Of a DNA stretch of 45,176 nt, positions 1 through 9,266 are shown in pieces. Source of the DNA: Escherichia phage vB_EcoS-22664BS2; the sequence record NC_073324.1; one strand, given 5' to 3'. Position numbers and translations under genes: made by a program. The notes below the pieces were generated by a model, which saw nothing but the letters and a program-made list of their open reading frames with translations, did not search any database and was not told the DNA's origin. The stretch's first letter is position 1. Each line of letters starts with the position of its first letter.

Positions 1-51
1 GATTCAGGCCAGGCGCAAAGCGGTCCGCGCCTGTGGATTCCAGAACGGAAA
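1..51. repeat. 51-nt exact repeat of window end (45126..45176); circular-assembly overlap or terminal redundancy
   Basis: First 51 nt are identical to the last 51 nt of the window. Confidence 0.8.
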
Positions 52-190
52 GGCCGTGAATCTAGGAGAGTTTAAAACACAGGAACGCGCGGCAATCGCT
101 AATCGGTTATTTAATTACTGGAAATCGCTCGGATACGATGATATTCCGACTAAACCGCAGAGACGACAATACATCTGGCGTCATAAATAA
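1..190 (+). CDS. C-terminal part of wrap-around small basic protein (continues from 45022..45176); possible AP2-like DNA-binding fold
   Basis: Frame continues across the end/start overlap to TAA at 188-190; segment GKAVNLGEFKTQERAAIA loosely resembles an AP2 domain. Confidence 0.4.
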   Translation, partial: IQARRKAVRACGFQNGKAVNLGEFKTQERAAIANRLFNYWKSLGYDDIPTKPQRRQYIWRHK

Positions 191-265
191 ACCGTTATTA
201 AGATAATTCCTAACCGTGCTATCCTCCAGTTACTGCATACTTAATACGCACCTGGAGGATTCATC

Positions 266-574
266 TTGGATAAATTTACTGAAACAGTGACGGGGTGGCT
301 TCTCGCTGCCGCATTAGCTGGTGGGGTAATAGGCTTACGGCAACACAAAGCCACTATTACCGGCCCTGTCGATGCTCTCTGTTTTCTCGCCACTGGCTTT
401 GCGTGCGCCGTATTCGGTGCGCCTCTCGCCGCTCAATGGTTCGGTATCGCAGGTGAACGCGAAATAGCGGGCCTTGGATTCATCATTGCTATTCTCTGGA
501 TGCCAATTTATTCCCGTCTCTCTGGCATTGTCGCCGGAGAATACATCGCACGTCGCGGAGGTGGTAATGAATGA
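266..574 (+). CDS. holin-like membrane protein (about 3 TM segments), TTG start
   Basis: ORF track; GGAGGA 6 nt upstream of TTG; three hydrophobic segments; immediately upstream of endolysin. Confidence 0.5.
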   Translation: MDKFTETVTGWLLAAALAGGVIGLRQHKATITGPVDALCFLATGFACAVFGAPLAAQWFGIAGEREIAGLGFIIAILWMPIYSRLSGIVAGEYIARRGGGNE

Positions 575-839
575 GTTATTCTGGTTTGGTGGTATGCTCG
601 CAATCGGGAGCACATCGCTGTTTAACGTATACCACCCCAGCGTAGATGATGGCCTGTTCGGGCGTGTGCTTTATATTCTGACTGCTATTGTCTGCGCCGC
701 CGGATGTATCCACCTGTTACAGGGCAGCATGTCACCTACGCTACCTGAGACATTAATCACTTTAGTTGCGCTGCGCCAGATTCGTCAGGCGTGGCTGTCG
801 TACGGAGGACATAAGCGTGTCTCGAAACATTTCAGATAA
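567..839 (+). CDS. second small lysis-cassette membrane protein (holin/antiholin-like)
   Basis: ATG at codon 32 of track ORF 474..839, overlapping upstream stop (ATGAATGA); two or three hydrophobic helices and a charged C-terminal tail. Confidence 0.45.
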   Translation: MNELFWFGGMLAIGSTSLFNVYHPSVDDGLFGRVLYILTAIVCAAGCIHLLQGSMSPTLPETLITLVALRQIRQAWLSYGGHKRVSKHFR

Positions 840-1305
840 TGGGTTGCATTTCACCGCAGCGTTTGAGGGGTTCCGCGGAACTGCGTATCGCGCTACGCCA
901 AATGAGAAGTACCTGACTATTGGGTACGGTCATTATGGGCCAGACGTAACGCCAGGCAAGACCATCACCCCGGGACAAGGCCTCCTGTTACTGAATCGTG
1001 ATATGGCTAAGGCCATAGCTGCGGTTGACGCAGCAGCACACCATTCATTGACACAGGCACAGTTCGACGCAGTGTGCGACCTGGTGTATAACGCGGGTGC
1101 CGGTGTGATTGCGGCTACTACTGGCACAGGTAAGGCACTGCGTTCTGGTGACGTCACGACTCTGCGGGCTAAGCTGGCGCTGTTCATCAACCAGAACGGC
1201 AAACCGATACTTGGACTGCGTCGTCGTACCGCCGGTCGTCTGGCGCTGTTCGACGGTAAACCGTGGCAGGAGGCTGAGGCTATCGGGCGCGCGGTGAAAG
1301 GTTGA
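817..1305 (+). CDS. endolysin, phage lysozyme (GH24-like)
   Basis: GTG start with GGAGGA RBS (codon 18 of track ORF 766..1305); EG...TIGYGH and LGLRRR motifs resemble P22/lambda-type lysozymes. Confidence 0.8.
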   Translation: MSRNISDNGLHFTAAFEGFRGTAYRATPNEKYLTIGYGHYGPDVTPGKTITPGQGLLLLNRDMAKAIAAVDAAAHHSLTQAQFDAVCDLVYNAGAGVIAATTGTGKALRSGDVTTLRAKLALFINQNGKPILGLRRRTAGRLALFDGKPWQEAEAIGRAVKG

Positions 1306-1371
1306 CACATAAGACTAATCCGACGATACTTAAATCACCTCCTGCTCCATCCCTCTGCTCTCCAGTTTTAT

Positions 1372-1401
1372 CCCGGCCCTGACCCAGCCGGGATTTTTTT
1401 T
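1372..1401 (+). terminator. intrinsic terminator after endolysin
   Basis: CCCGGC...GCCGGG hairpin followed by a run of T. Confidence 0.6.
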
Positions 1402-1423
1402 ATCTATTTTCTGTGATGACTAG

Positions 1424-1452
1424 TTGACTATTATCCTCGACCCTATTATATT
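1424..1452 (+). promoter_or_regulatory. sigma70-like promoter (TTGACT-N17-TATATT)
   Basis: Near-consensus -35 and -10 with 17-nt spacer; leader shares the CGACAACGAGA motif with other promoters. Confidence 0.55.
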
Positions 1453-1486
1453 TACTTCATCGACAACGAGAACGGAGTAGAGAGAA

Positions 1487-1687
1487 ATGGGCAACGTATC
1501 GACGATAGAAATAACCGAAGAACTCGAAGTTAAATGTATCGCATCAGCTATAATAGGGAATGGTTCGGTGGAAAAACTACAGATGAGGGCTGCTGCGGGC
1601 TACATACGCAGGGCTAATAGCGCGCAGACTGATGTTTTACGTAAACGTTACCTCGTGAAAGCGTTAGAAATACTGGAGAATAACTAA
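1487..1687 (+). CDS. hypothetical protein
   Basis: ORF track; GAGAGAAATG RBS and start. Confidence 0.5.
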   Translation: MGNVSTIEITEELEVKCIASAIIGNGSVEKLQMRAAAGYIRRANSAQTDVLRKRYLVKALEILENN

Positions 1688-1836
1688 TGAAAATCACAGA
1701 TATCGAAGCATTCAAAGACGCGCAACTGATGGCGCGCATCGCAGTTAGTAACCTGAGCAACAGCATTCCAGCGGACGCGTTCTGGTTCGCTGCGATGCAG
1801 ACACTTAAAGCAGCTTATGCAGGAGAGAAGAAATGA
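1687..1836 (+). CDS. hypothetical small protein (49 aa)
   Basis: Read by eye; TAATG and ATGA overlaps couple it to both neighbours. Confidence 0.35.
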   Translation: MKITDIEAFKDAQLMARIAVSNLSNSIPADAFWFAAMQTLKAAYAGEKK

Positions 1837-2030
1837 AAGTTAAAGCCGCTAAAATTCTCTGGTTAGCCGCCCTTGACTATGTGACAGAGGGTAAAGTGTA
1901 CGATGTGTACAACCCGACAGCTACTGGTTTCGGTTATATAGACTCCGACGACGACTGCTGTATTTTCATAGACTTTGGTAACGATGAAGGTGATGGCTTC
2001 CACGGCGTTAAATGGGAGATTGTAGAATGA
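1833..2030 (+). CDS. hypothetical protein
   Basis: ORF track; translationally coupled. Confidence 0.5.
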   Translation: MKVKAAKILWLAALDYVTEGKVYDVYNPTATGFGYIDSDDDCCIFIDFGNDEGDGFHGVKWEIVE

Positions 2031-2185
2031 GCGAACAAGGTCAAGTAAGCCAACCACTACGGGTAGGCCGTAAAGTCAGCCACACCCCGTTCCCGACACG
2101 CGAGGAACTGATGAAACGTAACAGTTTCCCTGGGCCGGACAAGAACAAGTATCTCAATCGCATGTGGGGAGAGCGTAAAGTATGA
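2027..2185 (+). CDS. hypothetical small protein (52 aa)
   Basis: Read by eye; ATGA overlaps at both ends. Confidence 0.35.
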   Translation: MSEQGQVSQPLRVGRKVSHTPFPTREELMKRNSFPGPDKNKYLNRMWGERKV

Positions 2186-2406
2186 CTAATAACGAATATG
2201 AAAAAGCATGCGTCGAATCCGCGACCGGTGAATCTGAAATAGCGTGGATTGACACCCACATCGAACACCACTTACGGCAGGTGGATAATCTTATGGAACG
2301 CCGCCGTGAGCTGATTAGCCGCTTCAACATGAACAAGGAGCGCGCTATTTCTGACGATTTCGATGGGGATTACCGAAATGGCGATTTTTATGAGGGAGCC
2401 GAATAA
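2182..2406 (+). CDS. hypothetical protein
   Basis: ORF track. Confidence 0.5.
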   Translation: MTNNEYEKACVESATGESEIAWIDTHIEHHLRQVDNLMERRRELISRFNMNKERAISDDFDGDYRNGDFYEGAE

Positions 2407-2696
2407 TGCCTAAAATCACAATCGCGTCACTTGAGCGTCGTATTCTGGTCCTTGAGTCAGAGAAACAGACGTTAGGCGGGCAACTGTCAATTAACGGTGA
2501 GTTTCAACTGGAGGCGTTTAAGGAGTTACTGGCTATTAAGACGCAAGAACCGAACGTGTACGCGGGGTTGTTCGTCGGTGAAGACAGTTCTTCGCTGGCT
2601 TATTACAACACGGCAACCGCAGCTTCAAAGGATGGGGCTGATGTGATAATCCCGCTGTACGACAATGTTGTCGGACCAGAAGATGAAAGCGCCTGA
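2406..2696 (+). CDS. hypothetical protein
   Basis: ORF track; TAATG overlap with upstream gene. Confidence 0.5.
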   Translation: MPKITIASLERRILVLESEKQTLGGQLSINGEFQLEAFKELLAIKTQEPNVYAGLFVGEDSSSLAYYNTATAASKDGADVIIPLYDNVVGPEDESA

Positions 2697-2865
2697 ACCG
2701 GTAGTTATTGATGGCGTCCTGTGGAAACCATACTCGGTTAACCACATCGACGCCGACGGGAAGAAGTTCAGCTTCTACATTTTTGCAATTAGCCGTGAGC
2801 ATGCTGCCTGTGTGGTCGATGATATACGAGAAACGGCGTGGCTCGGTGATGAGATAGTGGGGTAA
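2665..2865 (+). CDS. hypothetical protein (start may be ATG at 2683)
   Basis: ORF track; overlaps upstream gene. Confidence 0.4.
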   Translation: MLSDQKMKAPEPVVIDGVLWKPYSVNHIDADGKKFSFYIFAISREHAACVVDDIRETAWLGDEIVG

Positions 2866-2869
2866 GAGT

Positions 2870-2953
2870 ATGAGTCTTGAGGTTGTTATTGGCCTGGTCG
2901 GTCTTAGTTACTTCATCGGACTATTGGTTGGGTTTCTGTGGGGCAGATACTAA
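2870..2953 (+). CDS. tiny hydrophobic peptide (27 aa, one TM)
   Basis: Read by eye; MSLEVVIGLVGLSYFIGLLVGFLWGRY; stop overlaps next ATG. Confidence 0.25.
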   Translation: MSLEVVIGLVGLSYFIGLLVGFLWGRY

Positions 2954-3123
2954 TGTCCAGTGACATCAACGCAGCAATCGAAGAGGCAATCTGGCGACGC
3001 TACAACGGCGAGCAGCAACGGCACTTCTGCCTGGTGCAACGCGGCAACATGGTCGCCGTAGTGCAGGACCGCGATAACAAATATCCGAATGCGATGTGGA
3101 CGACGAGGAATTTCTTAGGATGA
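2953..3123 (+). CDS. hypothetical protein
   Basis: ATG at codon 6 of track ORF 2938..3123. Confidence 0.45.
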   Translation: MSSDINAAIEEAIWRRYNGEQQRHFCLVQRGNMVAVVQDRDNKYPNAMWTTRNFLG

Positions 3124-3356
3124 TTACCAGCATTCCTAACCTTATTAAAGAATTTGGCACGATGGCGGAGACGTGCCGACAAACAGGCCTCAACGAAATG
3201 ACGATTGCGAAGTACAGCAAAGACGTGAAATGCGAGCGCCATGTAATTTATAATAACCGCCTTATGACGCACGTTAAGACAAGCCCGGTGTTATTCACGC
3301 GCCGTGGTATCACTAAAACAGAGCAACGCATTGCGCGAGAGGAGAGCGGGGAATGA
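3120..3356 (+). CDS. hypothetical protein
   Basis: ATG at codon 9 of track ORF 3096..3356, ATGA overlap with upstream stop. Confidence 0.45.
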   Translation: MITSIPNLIKEFGTMAETCRQTGLNEMTIAKYSKDVKCERHVIYNNRLMTHVKTSPVLFTRRGITKTEQRIAREESGE

Positions 3357-3625
3357 TTGAATATGATAACTACCACATAAACCGGTGTGAGGCACTTGAA
3401 TTTTTGTCCAGAAACTTCCACGATTTCCCAGAACACATGCCTAATGTACGCGAAGTTGCGGAGGGTATTTCCGAGAACATATTCAAAGGCTGGCGATTCG
3501 TCGTTATTGATTCTGGTGAGTTGGTTTTCGCTGATTGCCTTTCACCATGTATTCGTAAAATAGACCTTGAGGAATTTAATGCAACTTTTAGTCTTTCCGA
3601 ATGCCTGGGTTATAGCGGTAGCTAA
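3353..3625 (+). CDS. hypothetical protein
   Basis: ORF track; ATGA coupling. Confidence 0.5.
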   Translation: MIEYDNYHINRCEALEFLSRNFHDFPEHMPNVREVAEGISENIFKGWRFVVIDSGELVFADCLSPCIRKIDLEEFNATFSLSECLGYSGS

Positions 3626-3682
3626 CGACCATTACGGCGGCGACGGTAAACGAGCGCCACGCCACGGCCTATATAACTGATA

Positions 3683-3708
3683 CAAGCCCTCTACGGAGGG
3701 CTTTTCTG
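3683..3708 (+). terminator. intrinsic terminator
   Basis: AGCCCTC-TACG-GAGGGCT hairpin followed by TTTTCT. Confidence 0.55.
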
Positions 3709-3801
3709 TACATCCCGCCCAATCCCCTTATATAATCCCTTTAGACGCGTAGGGCGCGTCTGGTGCGCTCTGATGGTCAGACGCATATGCAAGGGGATTC
3801 T

Positions 3802-4311
3802 ATGAAGCTGAAACTTAAGCAGCCATCGCCAGAGGTGGTACAAGCTGCACATGAAGAAGCTGTTAGCGCAAACCGTCGCCGTAAACGACCGCGCGGTAAA
3901 CAGAGCCTTTATCAATCATCCCGTAATTCCGCCGCGTTGTGGGACCCGGGCTATTGCGATGCACTAATCGAGTTCTTCGACCGCACGTCGTGGGAGCTTG
4001 TGCCTACGTCTAAGGGTGACGAACGCCCGCTGATTCAGGATAAACCACCGTCACTGGCCCGCTTCGCCTTACACATCGGAGTCACTATCCCGATTATTAA
4101 GCTTTGGCTGCGTGAGATTCCCGCATTTGCAGAAGCCTGGGAGACAGCACAGGCGCTGGAAGAGGCATACTTCACTGAAACGGGGGCCGCAGGCATCTCT
4201 GCTACGTTTGCTGCCGCGAAACTGGGCCTGAATAAAACAGTTGTCGCCGAAGAAGTACGCGACGAGCCAATCAGCGAAGTAACAATTAAGGTGGTGTCCG
4301 GTGAACGTTAA
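3802..4311 (+). CDS. terminase small subunit (putative)
   Basis: Immediately upstream of and overlapping the large terminase; HTH-like segment; AGGGGA RBS before ATG 3802 (codon 14 of track ORF). Confidence 0.55.
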   Translation: MKLKLKQPSPEVVQAAHEEAVSANRRRKRPRGKQSLYQSSRNSAALWDPGYCDALIEFFDRTSWELVPTSKGDERPLIQDKPPSLARFALHIGVTIPIIKLWLREIPAFAEAWETAQALEEAYFTETGAAGISATFAAAKLGLNKTVVAEEVRDEPISEVTIKVVSGER

Positions 4312-5572
4312 TATCACGGCAACGGAGCCGCAAGGCGCGTTTCTCGGTATGCATTGCAAGTTTCCGGCATTCGTAGCTGGCTTCGGTACGGGTAAATCCG
4401 AAGTTATGTGCAACTCTGCACTACTCGACAGCATGGAAGGTGGTAGCGATTCTATCATCGCCATGTATGAGCCGACTTATGACCTGGTGCGCCTCATCCT
4501 TGCACCGCGTATGGAAGAAAAGCTCACCGACTGGGGTATCCGGTACAAATACAACAAGTCTGACAACATAATCTATACGTCTTCCGGACAATTTGGGGAT
4601 TTTGTTCTGCGTACACTTGATAATCCAGCACGAATCGTTGGCTACGAATCGTTTCGTGCGAAAATCGACGAGTTGGACACCCTTAACATGGAGCACGCCG
4701 AGCACGCGTGGAACAAAGTCATCGCCCGTAACCGCCAGTTGCCGCGGACATATAAACCTATTACACCGAAACCTGCTAATACCGTTTCCGTGTTCACTAC
4801 CCCGGAAGGATTCCGTTTCGTACATGACCGCTGGGTAGTCAAAAAGAATCCAGGCTACGAGATGATTCAGGCGTCCACCCTGTCTAACCCGTTCCTGCCA
4901 GAAGATTATGTGCAGTCGTTACGCGACACATACCCAGGTCAGTTGATTGACGCCTACATCAACGGCGAGTTCGTCAACCTGACGGCGGGGACTGTCTATT
5001 ACGCCTATGACCGCAGGAAAAACAGCAGCCGCGAAACAATAAAACCAGGCGAGACTCTGTATATCGGGCAGGACTTTAACGTAGGCCACATGGCTAGTAC
5101 AGTTTACGTGCAACGTGGCAAAGTCTGGCATGCAGTCGCCGAGTTGGTGGATATGTTCGATACGCCCGATGTGGTGAGAGCCGTAACAGAGCGCTGGAAA
5201 AGTAAGGGCCACTATATCGTTATGTACCCCGACGCAAGCGGTAAAAACCGTAAAAGTAACAACGCCAGCACATCTGATATTGCCCAGTTACAGCAGGCCG
5301 GCTTCGAAGTGCGCGCTAAATCGACAAACCCACCGGTTAAAGACCGCGTAGCGGCGATGAATAAGGCGCTTGAATCTGGTATGGTCATGATTAATGAACA
5401 GGCCTGCCCAGTTACGGCGCGATGCCTGGAACAGCAAGCCTACGACAAGAACGGCGAACCGGATAAATCCGGGGGCGTGGACCACCAGAATGATGGAACC
5501 ACATACCCTATCGCGTATGAAATGCCGATTCGCAAACCAGTTATTAACGTCCCGGTGACTTTCGCACTTTAA
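4301..5572 (+). CDS. terminase large subunit
   Basis: Walker A GFGTGKS near N-terminus, size and position before portal; GTG start with AAGGTGG RBS. Confidence 0.85.
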   Translation: MNVNITATEPQGAFLGMHCKFPAFVAGFGTGKSEVMCNSALLDSMEGGSDSIIAMYEPTYDLVRLILAPRMEEKLTDWGIRYKYNKSDNIIYTSSGQFGDFVLRTLDNPARIVGYESFRAKIDELDTLNMEHAEHAWNKVIARNRQLPRTYKPITPKPANTVSVFTTPEGFRFVHDRWVVKKNPGYEMIQASTLSNPFLPEDYVQSLRDTYPGQLIDAYINGEFVNLTAGTVYYAYDRRKNSSRETIKPGETLYIGQDFNVGHMASTVYVQRGKVWHAVAELVDMFDTPDVVRAVTERWKSKGHYIVMYPDASGKNRKSNNASTSDIAQLQQAGFEVRAKSTNPPVKDRVAAMNKALESGMVMINEQACPVTARCLEQQAYDKNGEPDKSGGVDHQNDGTTYPIAYEMPIRKPVINVPVTFAL

Positions 5573-5584
5573 GAGGATTATTCA

Positions 5585-7063
5585 ATGTTAACTATGAACG
5601 GTCAGAATCAGGGTGTTAAGACAAAACACCGGGAATGGCTGCATCACTTCAATAAATGGCAGAAGGTACGCCACGCTCTGGAGGGCGACCTTATTCGTTA
5701 TCTGCGCAATGTCGGAAAGAACGAACCTGACCCTACCTACGCGGAACAGCGCCAGGAAGAATATGAGAACGGCGCTATTTGCTACAACTTCACTAAACGC
5801 ACCCTGGCCGGGATGGTTGGTAGCGTCATGCGCAAAGACCCTGAGCAAATTATTCCTCCTGAGCTTGAGTACTTGTTACGTAACGCCGATGGTTCAGGTG
5901 TCGGGCTGTGGCAGCACGCGCAGGACACGCTAATGGAAATCGATTCTGTGGGCCGTGGTGGGTTGCTGGTCGACGCCCCGGAGACAGCTGCGGCAACGGC
6001 AGCCGAACAGAACGCGGGATTATTAAACCCGGTCATCGCATTCTACACCGCGGAGAACATCATCAACTGGCGACTGACACGCATCGGATCCGTTAACCGC
6101 GTGACGATGGTCGTGTTGCGTGAGGTATGGGAATACTCAGAACCTGGCGCAGAGTTCGAAACAAAGTTCGGCGAGCAATATCGTGTCCTCGACCTGATTG
6201 AAGGCCGTTACCGCCAGCGCATTTACCGCTTCGATGCCGAAGGTGGCGCTCAGGATGAAGTAATCGAAATCTTCCCGGAACTCGGCGAACAGTTACGCGG
6301 CAAAATCCCGTTCACGTTCATTGGGGCGAGCAACAACGACGCCACTATAGATGATGCACCTTTGCTGCCGTTGGCCGAGCTAAATATCGGACATTTCCGA
6401 AACAGCGCGGACAATGAGGAGTCCAGCTTCGTTGTAGGTCAGCCCACGCTGTTCATCGCCCCGGGCGAGAACATGAGCATGGAACAGTGGAAAGAAGCCA
6501 ACCCACACGGCGTGCGCATGGGGTCGCGTTCAGGCCATAACATTGGTTACGGCGGTAATGCGTTTCTGGTTCAGGCAGGAGAGAACAACCTTGCCAAGCA
6601 GAACATGCTGGATAAAGAGAATCAGGCCATCCAGATTGGTGCGCAGCTTATCACCCCGACGCAGCAAATCACCGCTGAATCGGCCCGTCTACAACGCGGT
6701 GCTGATACGTCCGTTATGGCAACAATCGCACGTAACGTAAGCATGGCGTATACCAATGCGTTGCGCTGGGTAGCGGCGATGCTGGGGCTGCGTGAAGGCA
6801 CAGAGATTGAGTTCAAGCTGAATATGGAGTTCTTCCTGCAACCAATGACCGCTCAGGAACGCGCTCAGTGGATGGCGGATATTAACGCTGGCCTGTTACC
6901 GGCTACCGCTTACTACGCTGCGTTGCGCAAGGCGGGGATAACTGACTGGACTGACGAGGACATTCAGAACGCTATTGAGGACGCGCCGCTGCCGTTAGGT
7001 GCTGTTGCTCAGGTAGCAGGAGAGATTCCGCAGTCGGCACAGCAGGAAGCGCTGCCTGCGTAA
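5585..7063 (+). CDS. portal protein
   Basis: 492 aa, directly after terminase and before head morphogenesis protein. Confidence 0.8.
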   Translation: MLTMNGQNQGVKTKHREWLHHFNKWQKVRHALEGDLIRYLRNVGKNEPDPTYAEQRQEEYENGAICYNFTKRTLAGMVGSVMRKDPEQIIPPELEYLLRNADGSGVGLWQHAQDTLMEIDSVGRGGLLVDAPETAAATAAEQNAGLLNPVIAFYTAENIINWRLTRIGSVNRVTMVVLREVWEYSEPGAEFETKFGEQYRVLDLIEGRYRQRIYRFDAEGGAQDEVIEIFPELGEQLRGKIPFTFIGASNNDATIDDAPLLPLAELNIGHFRNSADNEESSFVVGQPTLFIAPGENMSMEQWKEANPHGVRMGSRSGHNIGYGGNAFLVQAGENNLAKQNMLDKENQAIQIGAQLITPTQQITAESARLQRGADTSVMATIARNVSMAYTNALRWVAAMLGLREGTEIEFKLNMEFFLQPMTAQERAQWMADINAGLLPATAYYAALRKAGITDWTDEDIQNAIEDAPLPLGAVAQVAGEIPQSAQQEALPA

Positions 7064-7085
7064 GACCAACAACAGAGATAAAATT

Positions 7086-7110
7086 AAGGCCCCATAAGGG
7101 GCCTTTTTAT
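7086..7110. terminator. terminator between portal (+) and a minus-strand small gene
   Basis: GGCCCC-ATAA-GGGGCC hairpin followed by TTTTT; sits between convergent genes. Confidence 0.6.
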
Positions 7111-7392
7111 CTATACAAATGTAAATCCAGTGCTGGTAGCGGTGTAACTGGTGGCGCCGTTTTTCGTTTCGGGCCAACAGATATACGAGCGCCCGCGATA
7201 CTCTACCCACCAAAGTTCCACATCGGAGTCCCCGTTAGGTCTAGTCAACCACCCGTGGTGTAGCCAATACTTGCGCCCTATTTTAAATATATCTTCTTCA
7301 CTGGAAGTCCACTCCTGAGCGACACACTCTACCTGAACGCTATCAACACATACACATGTAAGATATAAATCACTGTTTGAATATTTAGCCAT
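7111..7392 (-). CDS. hypothetical protein (93 aa), moron-like insert in head module
   Basis: Internal ATG at codon 37 of track ORF; own promoter and RBS; opposite orientation to flanking structural genes. Confidence 0.5.
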   Translation of the reverse strand: MAKYSNSDLYLTCVCVDSVQVECVAQEWTSSEEDIFKIGRKYWLHHGWLTRPNGDSDVELWWVEYRGRSYICWPETKNGATSYTATSTGFTFV

Positions 7393-7427
7393 TTCTAAAT
7401 TCCTTATCTCTCGTTTCGATGCAATGA

Positions 7428-7456
7428 ATAGTACCCTATTATGTTGGTGTCTGCAA
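7428..7456 (-). promoter_or_regulatory. sigma70-like promoter (TTGCAG-N17-TACTAT) for 7111..7392
   Basis: Read on minus strand; member of the conserved promoter family. Confidence 0.5.
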
Positions 7457-7500
7457 ATATTATTTTTATGCGTTACACTGGCGATACCACAGGAGGGCAT

Positions 7501-8544
7501 ATGAGCTTACTTACATCGCTAATCAGCCACCAGATATGGCTGCAACGCACCGCATCAGGTGAAGTGAAAGACCTCGCACCGTTCATTCAGGAAATGCGAG
7601 ACGAAATCAAACGGCAGGTGCTGTTATTCGGCGACGACGGGCGAAGCACAGCGCGGCTGAATAAACTGTTACGCGACCTTGAAGAAGCACTGACCGGACT
7701 TACGGGCGACTGGCGGACAAAGCTGACAGAAGACCTTAAGGAACTTGCCGCGTATGAGGCCGAGTGGAATGCAAAGACACTGACGACTAACGTTAACGCG
7801 GAATTTGTTACGCCTACCGCTGAACAGGTGTGGGCCGCCGCCGAGTTTCAACCGCTCTCACTGAGCGACAAACCAGTTGATTTCACCAAGCTGATGTCAG
7901 GCTGGGGTGAAACCGAAGTCGCGCGCCTGGTAACCGGCGTTAAGATGGGTTTTGTACAAGGTCAGACCACACGGCAGATTGTCAAAGAAGTGGTCGGTAA
8001 AGGTGGGCTGGCTGACGTATCAGAGAAATATGCAGCTACAGTAATCCGTACCGCGCTGTCTCACGTATCAAACGAAGCCCGTAACGAGACGTACCGCCAG
8101 AACGACGACATCATTGAGAAATACGAATGGGTGTCGACGCTGGATAGCCGTACCAGTACGATTTGCAGAGCCAGAGATGGAATGACGTGGGCGATTGGAA
8201 AAGGGCCGATGCCCCCAGCACATCCGAACTGTCGAAGTACCACTGCGCCGGTAATCAGTTCAGAGTTCGACTTCCTCGATAAAGGCGCAAAACGAGCGGC
8301 TAAGGGCGCGGACGGCGGTACTCAGGTAAGCGCGGACACCACCTATTACGAGTTCCTTAAACAACAACCGGCATGGTTCGTGGATGAAGCACTCGGCCCG
8401 GTGCGAGGTAAGATTTTCCGTAACAGCGGTATATCGCCGGAAGAGTTTCGCGTAATATCTGTAGATGGTTTCGGGCGTCCGCTGACTATTAAAGAGATGG
8501 CGGAACTCGATAAACGTGTTGCTGATTATCTGAAAGAGGTTTAG
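7501..8544 (+). CDS. head morphogenesis protein (Mu F / SPP1 gp7-like)
   Basis: ATG with AGGAGGG RBS (codon 21 of track ORF); conserved PAHPNCRS segment; follows portal. Confidence 0.75.
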   Translation: MSLLTSLISHQIWLQRTASGEVKDLAPFIQEMRDEIKRQVLLFGDDGRSTARLNKLLRDLEEALTGLTGDWRTKLTEDLKELAAYEAEWNAKTLTTNVNAEFVTPTAEQVWAAAEFQPLSLSDKPVDFTKLMSGWGETEVARLVTGVKMGFVQGQTTRQIVKEVVGKGGLADVSEKYAATVIRTALSHVSNEARNETYRQNDDIIEKYEWVSTLDSRTSTICRARDGMTWAIGKGPMPPAHPNCRSTTAPVISSEFDFLDKGAKRAAKGADGGTQVSADTTYYEFLKQQPAWFVDEALGPVRGKIFRNSGISPEEFRVISVDGFGRPLTIKEMAELDKRVADYLKEV

Positions 8545-8547
8545 TTT

Positions 8548-9006
8548 ATGGGCTTTTTCAAAGTAACTGATGTACCTTCGCGTCGCGTAGTCCAGTACGC
8601 CCGCGTGTCTGGCTCTGGTGAGAACGTGGTGTTTATTGAAGACGAAAGTGTACTTGGTACACCAGTAGACGATATGCCGTTTGCAGACAAGACTGGCATT
8701 GCGCTACCAGCGGCGGGTATGCTTTATGAAATCCCGTATCTGGCTGACGCAGGCGATGTGTATTTCTCTGTACAACCGCAGGACGTTGAACTGGCAGATG
8801 GCAGCGCAACTATCACTGTCGAAGTTAAGGCGGGTAAATCCCCCTATGCACTGGCCTGGTACAAAGACGGCAAGGAAGTAGTAAACGCGCCCGAAGAGGC
8901 TTTGTCTCTGACGGTTAACGCGGTCGGTGAATACTTCGTTAAAGTTACCGATGCTGATGGTGTAGAGGCTGTCAGTAAAGCTGCGAAGGTCACTAAGCCC
9001 GAATGA
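8548..9006 (+). CDS. Ig-like domain protein (possible head decoration protein)
   Basis: C-terminal I-set-like segment ALAWYKDGKEV...GEYFVKVTDADG. Confidence 0.45.
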   Translation: MGFFKVTDVPSRRVVQYARVSGSGENVVFIEDESVLGTPVDDMPFADKTGIALPAAGMLYEIPYLADAGDVYFSVQPQDVELADGSATITVEVKAGKSPYALAWYKDGKEVVNAPEEALSLTVNAVGEYFVKVTDADGVEAVSKAAKVTKPE

Positions 9007-9007
9007 T

Positions 9008-9036
9008 AAAAGGCCCCATTAAGGGGCCTTAGTTTT
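9008..9036. terminator. bidirectional terminator between convergent genes
   Basis: AAAGGCCCC...GGGGCCTT hairpin with T/A runs on both sides. Confidence 0.6.
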
Positions 9037-9239
9037 CAACGGAATCTTGTGTTTAAATCCTGCTCGTGGACGACCCTCAGAACAGTGTCATAATCCCCGT
9101 ATCTTCCAGGTTCAAATATATCTAATGCCTTGTAAGCAGACATTGCGTCAGGGAAAACCTGCAGAACCTTTTTAACACGGCACAAGTCACCGTCGAACTC
9201 TTCATCGAACTCTTGAACTACTTCGCAAATTGCATACAT
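9036..9239 (-). CDS. hypothetical protein (67 aa), moron-like
   Basis: ORF track; own promoter, GGAGGTG RBS and terminator. Confidence 0.5.
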   Translation of the reverse strand: MYAICEVVQEFDEEFDGDLCRVKKVLQVFPDAMSAYKALDIFEPGRYGDYDTVLRVVHEQDLNTRFR

Positions 9240-9266
9240 TTTTCACCTCCTGCTTAAGTTAACTGA

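Noticed and set aside
4421-4825. Minus-strand ORF (134 aa) within the large terminase gene
   Set aside because: It is entirely antisense to a confidently identified terminase, with no independent signals.
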